A stretch of DNA of 64,000 nucleotides from Macrostomum lignano (taxonomy: Eukaryota): assembly GCA_002269645.1 (NCBI GenBank), contig NIVC01003316.1, forward strand, positions 40,369 through 104,368, in the 5' to 3' direction. This document shows, piece by piece, positions 11,954 through 25,404 of this stretch. Position 1 is the stretch's first letter, and the number at the start of each line of letters is the position of its first letter. Below the pieces are notes generated by a model. The model searched no databases. It was not told the DNA's origin and saw nothing but the letters and a program-made list of their open reading frames with translations. A program made the translations under genes and the position numbers.

Positions 11954-14303
11954 GCTGGCCGGCCACGCCGCCTTTACCCACGTGCCTCAGCATTCCCTGC
12001 ACTGCATCTCTTGCTCTGGCTCGTTCTATTCTCAGCCTGTGATGTTTTCCCTATTCGGCTGCGCTGCCCGACCTTGAAAAGCAGCCTCTCCTCCGCCTCA
12101 TCCTCACTCCGCCCACGCGCTCTCAGTTGCGCAGACTTTGGAGGGAAGCCACCCTCGGACTGGACTGTCCTCATTTCCCCTTTTCTCACCCCCTTCTTGG
12201 CTGTCCAGTCCACGGTCTGTAGCTGATACCCTGGACAGAGCGGCGTCCCTTCCACTTCCCCTACCCCAGTGTTCAAGCCAAAGAGGAATCGAATTCAAAT
12301 TTTTTTGTTCATTTTCGAGAGAAACAAAAATATTGCTCTGTCTTTTATTATTATGGGATTTTTATTGTAGTATAATTGTGGCAGTAAAATTATATATATT
12401 ATATACATTAATTGTTAATTCGGTCAGTGCATATGCATGCATAGATATTTAGTGTAGGTGTGAGAGTGGGTGCCTGTGCCTGACCCTGGCCTGGCCTGGC
12501 ACAGATTAGTGAGGAGCTGAGCGTGCTACGAGTGAGTGAGTGAGTGAGAGGGAGAGAGACAGAGAGAGGAGGCAAGAGTGCCGCTTCAGGGTTCCGCGCA
12601 CTCGCCCTCTCACCGCCACCGCCCCCTCTGTCCCTCCGTCACACCCTCCGCGAGTGCCGAGCGTGTCCCCGCTGTAATAGACTGAGGCTTTAAACCCCAG
12701 ACCGGCGCGCAGCGTACGCAGGGGCATTGGTGGGGCGGGGTGTTGGAATTCGCAGTGTAAAAAGCTCCGAGGGGCTTAAGGTAAAGGGAGGAAGGCGGAG
12801 CCGCTCCCCCGGCAGAGACGGAACAGCTTTAGCGCGTACACTTTCCCACCCCCTCTCAGCTGCTGAACACACTGTAGCCATAGGGAGAGGGGTAGGATGG
12901 AAGCACCGAAGTCCCGTTCCGTTCTGTTCCCCCAGTTTCTGGCGCGGCCGGACTTCAAAATTGCGCCCCTCAAGCCTCCCACCGATCCCATCAGTTCCCC
13001 TTCCTCCCCTTCTATCCCGTTTTTTTGCCGGCCGTGTGCGTTGACTCATTTTTGTGCCGCGGCCGCCGCTTTTCTCTCTCGGAGCTTGGTAGAATGGACA
13101 ACCAAGCCTTACCAGCAGCAGCAGCTTAGAGGAGCCCGAGGGTGTCGCCTCTTCCCTATCCCCCCCTGTCTATCGATATACCGTAAGACCAGTTTTTCCA
13201 AGGTCTTCTTTTCTCTTTCAGCGTTCTCTTAGACTCGGAGGACTCTCGGTCGAGTCTGAGTCAAGAGACAATGAATTTTGCAGCCCGGCCTGCGCCTCTT
13301 GCTGTGACCTTAAAAAAAGACTCGCCGCCCTCGTGTGACTTGGGAAAGTGGGGGGGGGGATGCCTCCTGCCTGCGTTTCGAGCGCGCAGGCACTCCTGAG
13401 GCCTTTCTCTTTCCCTGCCTTTGATTCTCTTGCGCAAACTTTGTCACCTTGGGGACCCGAGACAGTCGGTGCGCTTTTTGTGCGCATTGTACCCTCCTCT
13501 CTGCCCCTCCGTACTCTCTATCTACCTACCGCTTTTGTGACTCCAGTCTTCTCTCAGGCCCGCTAGCTAGAAATGCTTGTTGTATAAAGCAGGGGTCAGA
13601 AATTCTTTTACCTCAGCGGCGAGATAAAAAATTTTGCTCCTGGCTTGATGAGAGAGAAAAGGTGAGGGAATAGATGACAGTGAAGAAGGCAGAGATGTGG
13701 GAGAAGAGGGAAGAAAAGATGTGCGACTGTAGTAGGCGAGAAAGGAGATGAGATTAGAGATGAAATAAAAAAGAGGAGAGAAGAGGGGAGAGGGAGAGAG
13801 AAGTGGGGAGAGAGGAGAGAAGAGAGCTGAGAATAGACAAATATTGATCGGTCCGGGTTGCTATTTTGAATTTTCAAAGGATAGAGAGGCTTCGCAGGAC
13901 TGAGTTTGCCGGATAATAATATCAGATGATTCAGTATTATATCAGATAATAATTCAGTATAAAGTAATATAAGTATATTATTATGCCGTACTAAAAATAG
14001 TTCGCCGCAAATTTTAGGTGCGCGTGAAAAATCGATATTTTATGCGGAAGCCAAACACCCCCCCATTTTTTGGATTAAAATTAAATTAATATCCAAACTA
14101 CACTACTGCTGGGACTCCATTCAGTAGGCATAGTTGGCGCATAGATGCTAAAAAAATATTTGACTGTCGGAGCGGCAGTTCCTCCGGTAATCTGTTTTTT
14201 TTCGCAAGAGAAGCAACCCAATCCTTCTTTACGAGGCCGAGTCTGATTAAGAATGATTTTCGATGCTCATTTCCGGTCCAAAATTCCTGTTGCTAACCCA
14301 CAG

Positions 14304-14559
14304 CGTCCAAGCCGCCGGACCCGCCTTACCGACCATTTGCCGATTATGCGTCAGCGCCGTACCAGCAGCCGGAGCAGCACCAGCAGCTGCCTTATCAGCA
14401 GCATCAGCCTCCTCAGCAGCTTCATCATTCGCAGCAGCAGTCGCCGATGCCGTACAGTTTCTATCAGCCAGGCTATGGCGCATATCAGCAGCACCAGCCT
14501 GCCTACCCCATGCCGCCGCCGCCGCCGCCGCCGCCACCGACTTCGCAGCTGAATCACAG
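14304..14559 (+). CDS. Q/P/Y-rich exon (SKPPDPPYRPFADY…PPPPTSQLNH), gene assignment uncertain
   Basis: CTAAC branch plus CCCACAG acceptor; open phase-1 frame of 256 nt; AG|GTATCC donor, or read-through to TGA at 14572. This frame is absent from the ORF track. Confidence 0.65.
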
Positions 14560-15254
14560 GTATCCATTCTGAGCTGCCTGCTGCCTGCAGAATTTCTTGT
14601 ACACAACAGCAGCATTAGCAGTTGAGCTAACCTGTCTGCCTGTTAATTGATTGACACAAGCACACACCTGTCCATTCCAATGCACTGCTCTCGCGGCTAC
14701 CCCATTCTGTATAAAAAAAACTTCTTCTAAACACATCAGTTTGTAGTTGTTTTTTTCTTTGTAGCTCCCCCCCCCCCCCCCCGCCTAGTAATTACTTGAC
14801 TATGGATGCAATGCCTATTAATACTATGTCACAGTCTGTGATCTTGACAGATTAATCCCCTAATCCCGCTTATTAAACAGTTCAAGTCTGCCTTCTACAA
14901 TCAGTCGCTTTACTGTTTTTCCTTGTCTAATCATGTCATATTAATTAATCGATATTTTCTATTTCTCTTATCAAAATAATAACTATATTGAAACAGAATC
15001 TCAGGGGGCCAGTGTACAGGATCGCGGCAATTTCTTATTGATCCTAGCAAATTTATTATCTTGCTCTGTACAAGCGCATGCCCTACTGTTGCTACTCTGT
15101 CTAGTAAAGTGAGTAGTATTCGAGGCAATTTTTTCCTGTGAATTTTTTGTTTTGTTTAAATAGGTCTGATAAGATTTTACGCATTGTAGGGCGTTTAATT
15201 AGTATCCAGCCATGTTCTGTAATGCCTTCCATTATCCTCTTATAATATTGCCAT

Positions 15255-16370
15255 CTGACCCCATATGAGAGTCTCCCTCTGACCCCATCTGGGAGTCGCC
15301 CTCTGACCCCATCTGAGAGTCGCCCTCTGACCCCATCTGAGAGTCGCCCTCTGACCCCATCTGAGAGTCGCCCTCTGACCCCATAAGAGAATCGCCCTTT
15401 GACCCCATATGAGAGTCGCCCTCTGACCCCATATGAGAGTCGCCCTCTGACCCCATCTGAGAGTCGCCCTCTGACCCCATATGAGAGTCTCCCTCTGACC
15501 CCATCTGAGAGTCGCCCTCTGACCCCATATGAGAGTCTCCCTCTGACCCCATATGAGAGTCGCCCTCTGACTCCATAAGAGAATCGCCCTCTGACCCCAT
15601 CTGAGAGTCGCCCTCTGACCCCATATGAGAGTCTCCCTCTGACCCCATCTGAGAGTCGCCCTCTGACCCCATATGAGAGTCTCCCTCTGACCCCATATGA
15701 GAGTCGCCCTCTGACTCCATAAGAGAATCGCCCTCTGACCCCATCTGAGAGTCGCCCTCTGATCCCATAAGAGAATCGCCCTCTGACCCCATCTGAGAGT
15801 CGCCCTCTGACCCCATAAGAGAATCGCCCTCTGATCCCATCTGAGAGTCTCCCTCTGACCCCATATGAGAGTCGCCCTCTGACCCCATAAGAGAATCGCC
15901 CTCTGACCCCATATGAGAGTCTCCCTCTGACCCCATCTGAGAGTCGCCCTCTGACCCCATCTGAGAGTCGCCCTCTGACTGAGAGTCGCCCTCTGATCCC
16001 ATCTGAGAGTCGCCCTCTGACCCCATGAGAGAATCGCCCTCTGACCCCATCTGAGAGTCGCCCTCTGACCCCATGAGAGAATCGCCCTCTGACCCCATCT
16101 GAGAGTCGCCTTCTGACCCCATCTGAGAGTCGCCTTCTGACCCCATCTGAGAGTCGCCCTCTGACCCCATGAGAGAATCGCCCTCTGACCCCATATGAGA
16201 GTCTCCCTCTGACCTCATATGAGAGTCTCCCTCTGACCCCATGAGAGAATCGCCCTCTGACCCCATGAGAGTCGCCCTCTGACCCCATCTGAGGGTCGCC
16301 CTCTGACCCCATGAGAGTAGCCCTCTGACCCCATCTGAGAGTCGCCCTCTGACCCCATGAGAGTCAGCCC
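15255..16370. repeat. 24 bp minisatellite (CTCTGACCCCATCTGAGAGTCGCC)n
   Basis: About 45 units; translates as GVRGRLSD or MGSEGDSQ repeats. Confidence 0.95.
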
Positions 16371-17278
16371 TTAATCCCTAGAAAGTGGCCTCTGACCCCC
16401 ATTGAGTTTGGTCAATCACCGGCATTATAATTTCACAAAAAGTGTACCTACTCATTTTAGTACTACATATTGCCTTTTGCGAATAAATTTGTCAGAAAAA
16501 ATGTTTCGACTTTTTACCAACGCTCTGCTCAGCTACTGAATTTGCATAGCAACTAACTTCAGAGTTTTGACAGTAGGTCTATTCTAGGTCTGCTTGCAGC
16601 GCCTAGTTGTCCTGCAGAAGACAATTTGTCTGCGTTGTGGCTTTTATGATTTTTTATAAATTCTTCCAAAATGTTTAAATAATAACACCAACTGACAATG
16701 CTCATAGCTGCACAGGACTGGGAGTGAAAGACTGGCACATGGCTGACTTTTTTATCTTTTTTTTACTACTGCTGCTGATACTACTGTTAATAAGTATAAT
16801 ATACTACTGCTATGCATTGCTCATTTTAGTGTATTTATAATCTTGTGTGCATGTGCTCCATCCGAAGCCCGGCACTCACCAGTTTTCTATAGATATCCCG
16901 CCTCATCTGTGGCCCAGCATCCCCAGCTTCACCTATGCGTGAGTGCTTGTACTCCCTTTGTCATTTCATATTTCATATTGCAAATAAACACACGCATAGC
17001 CTATGCAGAACTTGACAGTTGCGTCCCTGACAGTTCTGATTGAGACAGACCTTTCCTTGCTCATGATGATCACTTTTTCAATCTGTTAACCGTCTGTCCG
17101 CCATCCAGATCGAGATTGTAGTGATCGTTTGTGCACTTTAACAGACACGGGCACTTCGATAACAAAATTACCTCTGCTATTGGTTTTATCGACTATTTAT
17201 TTTTTATTTATTGTCCTTTGCGTTTTAAGTCCACGTCTGGATATTCAATAAATCGTCCTTTCGGGCCAGGATAGAAAG

Positions 17279-18285
17279 TGTCAGGATCGGAATCGTCAGA
17301 ATTGGGAATTGTCAGGATTGGAATTGTCAGGATTGGAATTGTCAGAATAGGAATTGTCAGGATTGGAATTGTCAGAATAGGAATTGTCAGGATTGGAATT
17401 GTCAGGATTGGAAATGTCAGGATTGGAATTGTCAGAATAGGAATTGTCAGGATTGGAATTGTCAGGATTGGAAATGTCAGGATTGGAATTGTCAGGATTG
17501 GAAGTGTCAGGATTGGAATTGTCAGGATTGGAAGTGTCAGGATTGGAATTGTCAGAATAGGAATTGTCAGGATTGGAATTGTCAGGATTGGAAATGTCAG
17601 GATCGGAATCGTCAGGATTGGAAATGTCAGAATTGGAACTGGCAGATTTGGGAATTGTCAGGATTGGAATTGTCAGGATTTGAATTGTCAGGATTTGAAT
17701 TGTCAAGATTGGAATTTTCAGAATAGGAATTGTCAGGATTTGAATTGTCAGGATTGGAATTGTCAGGATTGGAATTGTCAGAATAGGAATTGTCAGGATT
17801 GGAAATGTCAGGATTGGAAATGTCAGGATTGGAAGTGTCAGGATTGGAAATGTCAGGATTGGAAGTGTCAGGATTGGAAATGTCAGGATTGGAAGTGTCA
17901 GGATTGGAAATGTCAGGATTGGAAATGTCAGGATTGGAATTGTCAGGATTGGAATTGTCAGGATTGGAAGTGTCAGGATTGGGAAGTGTCAGGATTGGAA
18001 GTGTCAGGATTGGAAGTGTCAGGATTGGAATTTTCAGGATTGGAAGTGTCAGGATTGGAAGTGTCAGGATTGGAAGTGTCAAGATTGGAAGTGTCAGGAT
18101 TGGAAGTGTCAGGATTGGAAGTGTCAGGATTGGAAGTGTCAGGATTGGAATTGTCAGGATCGGAAGTGTCAGGAGAGGAATTGTCAGGATTGGGAAGTGT
18201 CAGGATTAAAATTGTCAGGATTGGAATTGTCAGGATTGGAATTGTCAGGATTGGAAGTGTCAGGATTGGGAAGTGTCGAGACTGA
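17279..18285. repeat. 15 bp minisatellite (GTCAGGATTGGAATT/AAGT)n
   Basis: About 65 units with occasional 16-mers; same core as the array at 29843-31030. Confidence 0.95.
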
Positions 18286-18789
18286 GAAGTGCTCAAGATC
18301 CCTGGCTCGCTTCTATTTCCAAGCAATCTTGTCTGACACGAAGGCTGTTTATCCCCAACGTGGTGACTCGCGCTTGGGGAGCTGGAATTGATCGAAAATT
18401 TCAAACCGTCTTGGATATTCACTGCTGCCCAGTGACAGTCCGGTGGATGCTTTTAGTTGTAAACTGTGGAATTTCCTTTTTTGAAGAAGGCAGAAGCAGA
18501 CGCTTGCAAGGAAAACGATGAGTGATGGCGATGTAAACAGGGGAGATCGAACGTATGGAGGCGCAGTCTGTTTATTGCGCACTTCTGCTTTCGAAAGCAT
18601 GAGCTGCAGAAGTCGCCTTAGTAGGCTGACTGCAGAAGCAGATCTGTCGATAGCGCGAGGTTGAAAGGCCGCAGAGTGTCATGCGCACTGTGCCTGAACT
18701 TCGGCTATGAAATCGTGGCCGAATTCCTGTCGCTTAGCCGCCCTACATATTTTTTCCTGTCTAGATGCACCTAACAGCCGCTCCTACTG

Positions 18790-19322
18790 GCACATCCAAT
18801 CTACCACACCAATCTACCAAACCGCTGACCCAATTTGCCAACCGCTCCACCAATCTACCAAACCGCTCATCCAATCTACCAAATCGCTCATCCAATCTAC
18901 CAGATTGCTTATCCAATCAACCAAACCGCTCCAAAAATCTACCAAACTGCTCCTTTAATCTACCAAACCGCTCCACCAATCTACCAAACTGATCCTACAC
19001 TCTACCAGATTGCTTATCAAATCTACCAAACCGCTCTACCAATCTACCAAACTGCTCCTACAATCTACCAGATTGCTTATCCAATCTACCAAACCGCTCC
19101 AGCCATGTACCAAACGCTTCTCCAATCTACCGAACTGCTCCTCCAATCTGCCCGATTGCTTATCCAATCCAATCTACCAAACCGCTACTCCAATCTACCA
19201 AACCGCTCCACCAATCTACCAAACCGCTCATCCAATCTACTAAGCCGCTCCACTAATCTACCAAACCGCGCATCCAATCTACCAAACCGCTCCACCAATC
19301 TACCAAACCGCAATCCAATCTA
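18790..19322. repeat. 21 bp minisatellite (CCAATCTACCAAACCGCTCCA)n
   Basis: Tandem units; translates as APPIYQT repeats. Confidence 0.93.
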
Positions 19323-19607
19323 CACAATACTTACCTAGGCTGGCTAACCTCATACTTGGGCGCCAGAAAGCCGCATACAGGAGGTGCAGCATAATGCATT
19401 GATACTGCAGAACCAATTGGCTGCCCAAGCGCCCAGCCAATGGCAGCGGCAGCCAATAATTCCTTCTCGCCGACCCATTTTATACTGCCTGAGCAGGGGG
19501 ATAATCCCAAGTCATTGTCGCATTAGATCGAGAGGGATCTTCGGAAATTAAATTATGCCTGATATTTGTGTTCAATAAAAGATTGAAGATCTGAGACACT
19601 TCTAAAG

Positions 19608-19765
19608 TCCACCTCGAGATCGGTCAAAATACTCTGGATCGGAGGATGCAGCACAGCCATCTTTCCACGGCTGGCGCTCCGGCTGCTGGAACCTGCGAGG
19701 ACGATCTGTGCAGCTGCAGCAGTAGCTATGCTGAGTTCGCTGCCGCTGCTAGGAGACTCAATATG
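19608..19765 (+). CDS. Candidate internal exon (HLEIGQNTLDRR…CEDDLCSCSSSYAEFAAAARRLNM)
   Basis: TTCTAAAG acceptor, open frame (phase 1 to 0), strong ATG|GTGAGG donor immediately followed by an array. Probably a 5' exon of the AIP3-domain gene (inference). Confidence 0.45.
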
Positions 19766-19789
19766 GTGAGGCTGGGATGAGTATGGAGA

Positions 19790-20280
19790 AGCTGGGGTGA
19801 GCATGATGAAGCTGGGGTGAGTATGGTGAGGCTGGGGCTGGGGTGAGCTTGGTGAAACTGGGATGAGTATGGTTAGGCTTAGAGGGAGTTAGGGTTAAGA
19901 TGAGCATGATAAGACTGGAATGACTATAATGATTATGATAGCTGGGATGACTATGATGCAGTTGGCATAGACTATGATGAAGCTAGGATAGATTATGATG
20001 AAGCTAGGATAGATTATGATGAAGCTAGGACAGATTATGATGAAGCTAGGATAGATTATCATGAAGCTGGGATAGATTATGATGAAGCTAGGATAGACTA
20101 TGATGAAGCTAGGATAGATTCTGATGAAGCTAGGATAGACTATGATGAAGCTAGGATAGATTCTGATGAAGCTAGGATATATTCTGATGAAGCTAATCAT
20201 AATGATGAAGCTAGGACAGATTGTGATGAAGCTAGGATAGATTATCATGAAGCTGGGATAGACTATGATGAAGCTGGGGA
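19790..20280. repeat. 21 bp minisatellite (GATGAAGCTAGGATAGATTAT)n
   Basis: Tandem units. The degenerate start contains repeated GGGGTGAG donor-like words. Confidence 0.92.
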
Positions 20281-20804
20281 TGCGGCAGGTCCTTGGCGTT
20301 AAGCCAGACTCATGGGAAACAAGGAAAATTTGAATTTTTACAGGAAGCAAGCAGACTATTCCTTTATTTAACCCAAAAAAGAATCAACGGTGGAAATTTT
20401 TTTTCAAAATTTCTGTCCCAGTGCGTTTTGCATATTTTGTTTTTACTCTTGCTGACCGACCGACTTGCGCCTCCGGCCTGCGCTTCCCTGCTGGCAAAAA
20501 TTCTGGCGGCGAACAAATTTAATAGAAACTCTTGTCCCAGAATTGCGGCTATGCAGCTGATCGTCACGCAACTGGGCCCAGTATTCCTCTTTATTATTCT
20601 CGTAATTTTCATTTTTAATCGAATGCTTGTCTGCCTTCTTCGGCGCCCTCTGTCGGCTGCTAATTCAATACGCGATTAATCCCTCTGTGCTCTTGTAAAA
20701 AACCGGCTCTCAGAGCCTTGTGCGACTCAAATCCCCCATTTCAAATCCACTACTCAGCTTTTAAAAGCTTTTTCAATTGATGCAGTAGTCTCTCAGATAG
20801 AGAG

Positions 20805-21141
<337 letters not shown>

Positions 21142-22029
21142 TGCTGAGACAGGCACCCAGGCAGTTGGACAGGCAGTAAGACAGATACAAAGACATTTAG
21201 GCAGGCAGGCAGACTCAGGAGTGCTGCTCTCCGTTATCCAAGCAGAAGCGAAACTGACTCAACTGTAAAATGCCCCCCGAGAGACCGCCAATGAAAGGCG
21301 CATACAGCATCTGAATGCAATGCGGAGATCCCTAACGCATTAATAATTCAACAATGCAATGGTTTAGAGAGACAGAAGACGCAGGCTTACATGCCCTACG
21401 GTGGTCAGCTTGTGCCGGATTCAGCTTCTGCCAGAGAGAGCAGAGACTGCTGCTGTAGGCTCTGATGGAACCAGTAGAGATCAGGCTGGCTGATGCTGAG
21501 GGCAGGGCAGAAGGCCCGCCCCACAGCGCACGTCAGATGGCGCTGTCAGTCAGTCAGCGGCCTAAAACTGGTAGCTGGTAGCAGCCAAAGTGCCGCTAAT
21601 TTCGCGCCATTTAGCAATGTGTTTTGTTTATAGCTGCGACTCTGCGATGTCCGGCTTGATTGATGTCCGCCCCAATGCTATCAGTTGCTGCGCATCGAGA
21701 GACACAGAAAGACAGGCAGGCGCAAGACGGAGTACAGGAAGATGCCAAAACAGAGAGTCATAGCCCCATTTTCTGCTTTCAGAACAAAAAAGCTGCTTGC
21801 TTCTGTCACTTCCATTGCTTCTCTAAAAGCAGAAAAAAATTCCAAATTTTGTCGCCCGGCCCATGTCCTGCCCCTATTCTCTCTGCTCTACCTGCTTCTT
21901 CCAGTCGAAATCTCCCATCTCTTCAATCCCCTATTTCCCCCACTCTCCCCGGGCTTGCGCGCTCCGTGCATCAGGTTCAATTTTACTATATTGGCTCTCT
22001 TAAACTGCCCGAATCTCCCCCGTTGTCAT

Positions 22030-23090
22030 ATCCCCTCTCTGCCTCTCTCATCTCCCCTCTCTGCCTCTGTCATCTCCCCTCTCTGCCTCTCTCATCTCCC
22101 CTCTCTGCCTCTCTCATCTCCCCTCTCTGCCTCTCTCATCTCCCCTCTCTGCCTCTCGTCTCCCCTCTCTGCCTCCCATCTCCCCTCTCTGCCTCTCTCA
22201 TCTCCCCTCTCTGCCTCTGTCATCTCCCCTCTCTGCCTCTCTCATCTCCCCTCTCTGCCTCTCTCATCTCCCCTCTCTGCCTCTCTCATCTCCCCTCTCT
22301 GCCTCTCTCATCTCCCCTCTCTGCCTCTCTCATCTCCCCTCTCTGCATCTCTCATCTCCCCTCTCTGCCTCTCATCTCCCCTCTCTGCCTCCCATCTCCC
22401 CTCTCTGCCTCTCTCATCTCCCCTCTCTGCCTCTCTCATCTCCCCTCTCTGCCTCTCATCTCCCCTCTCTGCCTCTCTTATCTCCCCTCTCTGCCTCCCA
22501 TCTCCCCTCTCTGCCTCTCATCTCCCCTCTCTGCCTCTCTCATCTTCCCTCTCTGCCTCTCTCATCTCCCCTCTCTGCCTCTCTCATCTCCCCTCTCTGC
22601 CTCTCATCTCCCCTCTCTGCCTCTCTTATCTCCCCTCTCTGCCTCCCATCTCCCCTCTCTGCCTCTCATCTCCCCTCTCTGCCTCTCTCATCTCCCCTCT
22701 CTGCCTCTCAGATCTCCCCTCTCTGCCTCTCATCTCTTTTCTCTGCCTCTCATCTCCCCTCTCTGCCTCTCTCATCTCCCTTCTCTGCCTCTCATCTCTT
22801 TTCTCTGCCTCTCATCTCCCCCCTCTCTGCCTCTCTGCCTCTCTCATCTCTCATATCCCCTCTCTGCCTCTGCCTCTCTCATCTCTCATATCTCGTCTCT
22901 GCCTCTGCCTCTCTCATCTCTCATATCCCCTCTCTGCCTCTCATCTCCCCTCTCTCATCTCTCATATTTCCACTCTGCCTCTCTCATTTCCCCTCTCTAA
23001 CTCTCTCATCTCCCCTCTTTGCCTTTCTCATCTCCTCTCTCTGCCTCTCTCATCTCTGCCTGTCTCCTCTCTTCCCCTCTGCCTCTCATC
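22030..23090. repeat. 22-24 bp CT-rich minisatellite (CTCTCATCTCCCCTCTCTGCCT)n
   Basis: Seen directly. Source of the 446-aa and 503-aa L/S/P ORFs. Confidence 0.95.
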
Positions 23091-23799
23091 TCCCCCTCCC
23101 CCCTCTCAAAATTTAACTTCACGCAGTCTTTCAAACCGCAGCAACTCCCGCACACAGAGTGCTGCAATACTCTCTAATGGCCTACTAAGTCTATAAATTA
23201 ATGTCTAAGAGCATTCAGGAACTTGGGGCATCAGAGATCAGGAAATTGGCGCGCATCCCTGATATATAAATAAGTATATAAGACTTAATGAAATTAGGTT
23301 GACCACCTACCTTCACATATAATATTCGTACTAAGTAATACACAAGCCAGTACACTATGATATTGCCATCTCTCTCTCACTCTCAGGTGTGCTGTTTCTT
23401 GTCCTACACCTCTGATTAGCAGGTAGATGTGTGGCTACAAAGCAGGCAGTAGGCCAGGCCTGAGAAGCGATCAATACCTCATCACTCCAGCCAGGCGCGG
23501 ACCTGTTAAGAGAGGCGGGCTTTGAAAAAAACTACCTTAATTTTTTTACATTGTTCGCTCGCCACTGCTAAGCTTGAAAACTTGAGCTTGGATGGCTACT
23601 CAATCAACTCCTCCAGGGGCTGGGCGAAGAGTTGATGAGGCTGAGAGAGAGGCTGAGAGGCATCCCTATGGGAGCTGGAAATTTAGAGATTCTTAATTAA
23701 GACCGCGTTTGCCGTGCGATGAGACGAGTTTAATAACCTGTATACGGGATTTGAGCAGCTTTGAGCTTGAAAATTGCCACTTTTGAATGCTGGAGACGT

Positions 23800-24210
23800 C
23801 ATTGTTTACTTTGGAGATGCCATTTTGAATGTGAGAAGTGCCATTTTGGAATGGTGAAGATGCCATTTTGAAAGTGAGAAGTGCCATTTTGGAATGGTGA
23901 AGATGCCATTTTGAATGTGAGAAGTGCCATTTTGGAACGTTGAAAATTCCATTATAAATATTGAAGACGCCATTTGAAATGCTAGTGGTGCAATTTTAAA
24001 CTGTTGAGGATGCCATTTTGATGTTTGGAGTGCCATTTTTGAATATTGAAGACGTCATTTTGAATGTTAAAGATGTCATTTTGAATGCTGGAGACGCCAT
24101 TTTGAATGCTGGAGACGCCATTTTGAATGCTGGAGACGCTGTTTTGAATGCTGGAGACGCTGTTTTGAATGCTGGAGACGACATTTTGTATGTTGGAGAC
24201 GCCACTTTGA
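23800..24210. repeat. 21 bp minisatellite (GCCATTTTGAATGCTGGAGAC)n
   Basis: Tandem units; translates as AILNAGD repeats. Confidence 0.9.
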
Positions 24211-24633
24211 ACCTCCTAACAAAAAATCCTAAAAGTGGCACGCAGCTGCTGATGCACTGCGAACAGTCCTGCACTGACTACACACCCTAATGTTTTATCC
24301 CTTGAAAACTTAAGGTTTAAACTTTCCCACACTTGACTGTGACCAAATTTGTTACCATGGTCTCCTAAATATGGGAAATGTGGGATAAGAAAAAGGAATA
24401 GGCAAATGGGCATCAGGGGCGCGAGGGAAGAGTTGCGGCCAAAGCCGCTAATTGTTTATCACTCTCTCGTGGCGCGTCACCCCAGACGCGACCTCTTGGC
24501 CTGCAGCAGCCGCCTCGGTGTCGCATGCTGCTGGGGAGAACTGAGGGGCATTTGGGACTGAAAGGGATTAGGGACACAGCTTCACCCCTTGGCCCGACGT
24601 AAGCATTCGTGACAGATGATGCTGCGGCATGCT

Positions 24634-24870
24634 GACTGACTGACTGACTGACTGACTGACTGACTGACTGACTGACTGACAGACAGACTGACTGACTGAC
24701 TGACTGACTGACTGACAGACAGACAGACAGACTGACTGACTGACTGACTGACTGACTGACAGACAGACAGACTGACTGACTGACTGACAGACTGACTGTC
24801 CTTGAATCTGCCTCAGTGTCCTTGAATCTGCCTCAGTGTCCTTGAATCTGCCTCAGTGTCCTTGAATCCA
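24634..24870. repeat. (ACTG)n/(ACAG)n microsatellite followed by a short 20-bp repeat
   Basis: Microsatellite 24634-24797, then about 3.5 copies of GTCCTTGAATCTGCCTCAGT. Confidence 0.93.
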
Positions 24871-25404
24871 GCATGGATCAAGGATTCCAAAGAAACCAAA
24901 AATCGCCGCCATCAGTCAACGCCGCGAGCTTCAACACACCCTATTGCTCCTTCGTCCCCAAATCCATTACTCATCCCGAGTCTCCAGCAAGGGAAGTCAA
25001 CAGCTAAAGGGAAGTGCAACTGGGCAGGGGATCAGGATTTGCTCGCTGAATAAGGATGGGGAATATTGGGAGTTTTTTGCGCTGACCAACCAGGCCTGAC
25101 AGCTTTATTATCCCAGCGAGCCAATTTCCTTCAATGCTGCACCAGCCTGCCGAGTTCCGCTGAGCTCTGCTCATTCTTCCTCATCTCCGCCGACTCTCCT
25201 GTTGCGTTCTGAGAAGTCCGTCTGAGATCTTTCGGCAAAGCGGGTAGTCCGCTTTCATTCTTCTCGACCGGGATGCGAGCTGGGTGCACTTTTTTGTCCT
25301 GCTGTGCGCGCTGTCAGCGGGGTCTTTTGATATGGACACTGCGTTATCTGCCTGTCTCCCCCACCAGCAACCACTCTCTGCACTCTGCTCTCTGCTCTCT
25401 GCTC

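Noticed and set aside
15101-16312. Long repetitive ORFs (403 and 344 aa here; similarly 10812-12002, 17278-18285, 21660-23196, 25273-26534, 48370-49179, 59034-59879)
   Set aside because: Translations of minisatellites whose units lack stops in some frames. Open on several frames or strands and located in introns or intergenic DNA.
19335-19804. Minus-strand exon pair suggested by a GTAAGT donor at about 19334 and an 83-aa ORF
   Set aside because: Joining requires weak donors. A plus-strand exon with a stronger donor explains part of the region. Not excluded, but unsupported.
23598-23645. Minus-strand HQLFAQPLEELI resembling a RhoGAP-domain entry motif
   Set aside because: Too short, followed by a stop, and no other RhoGAP exons found.
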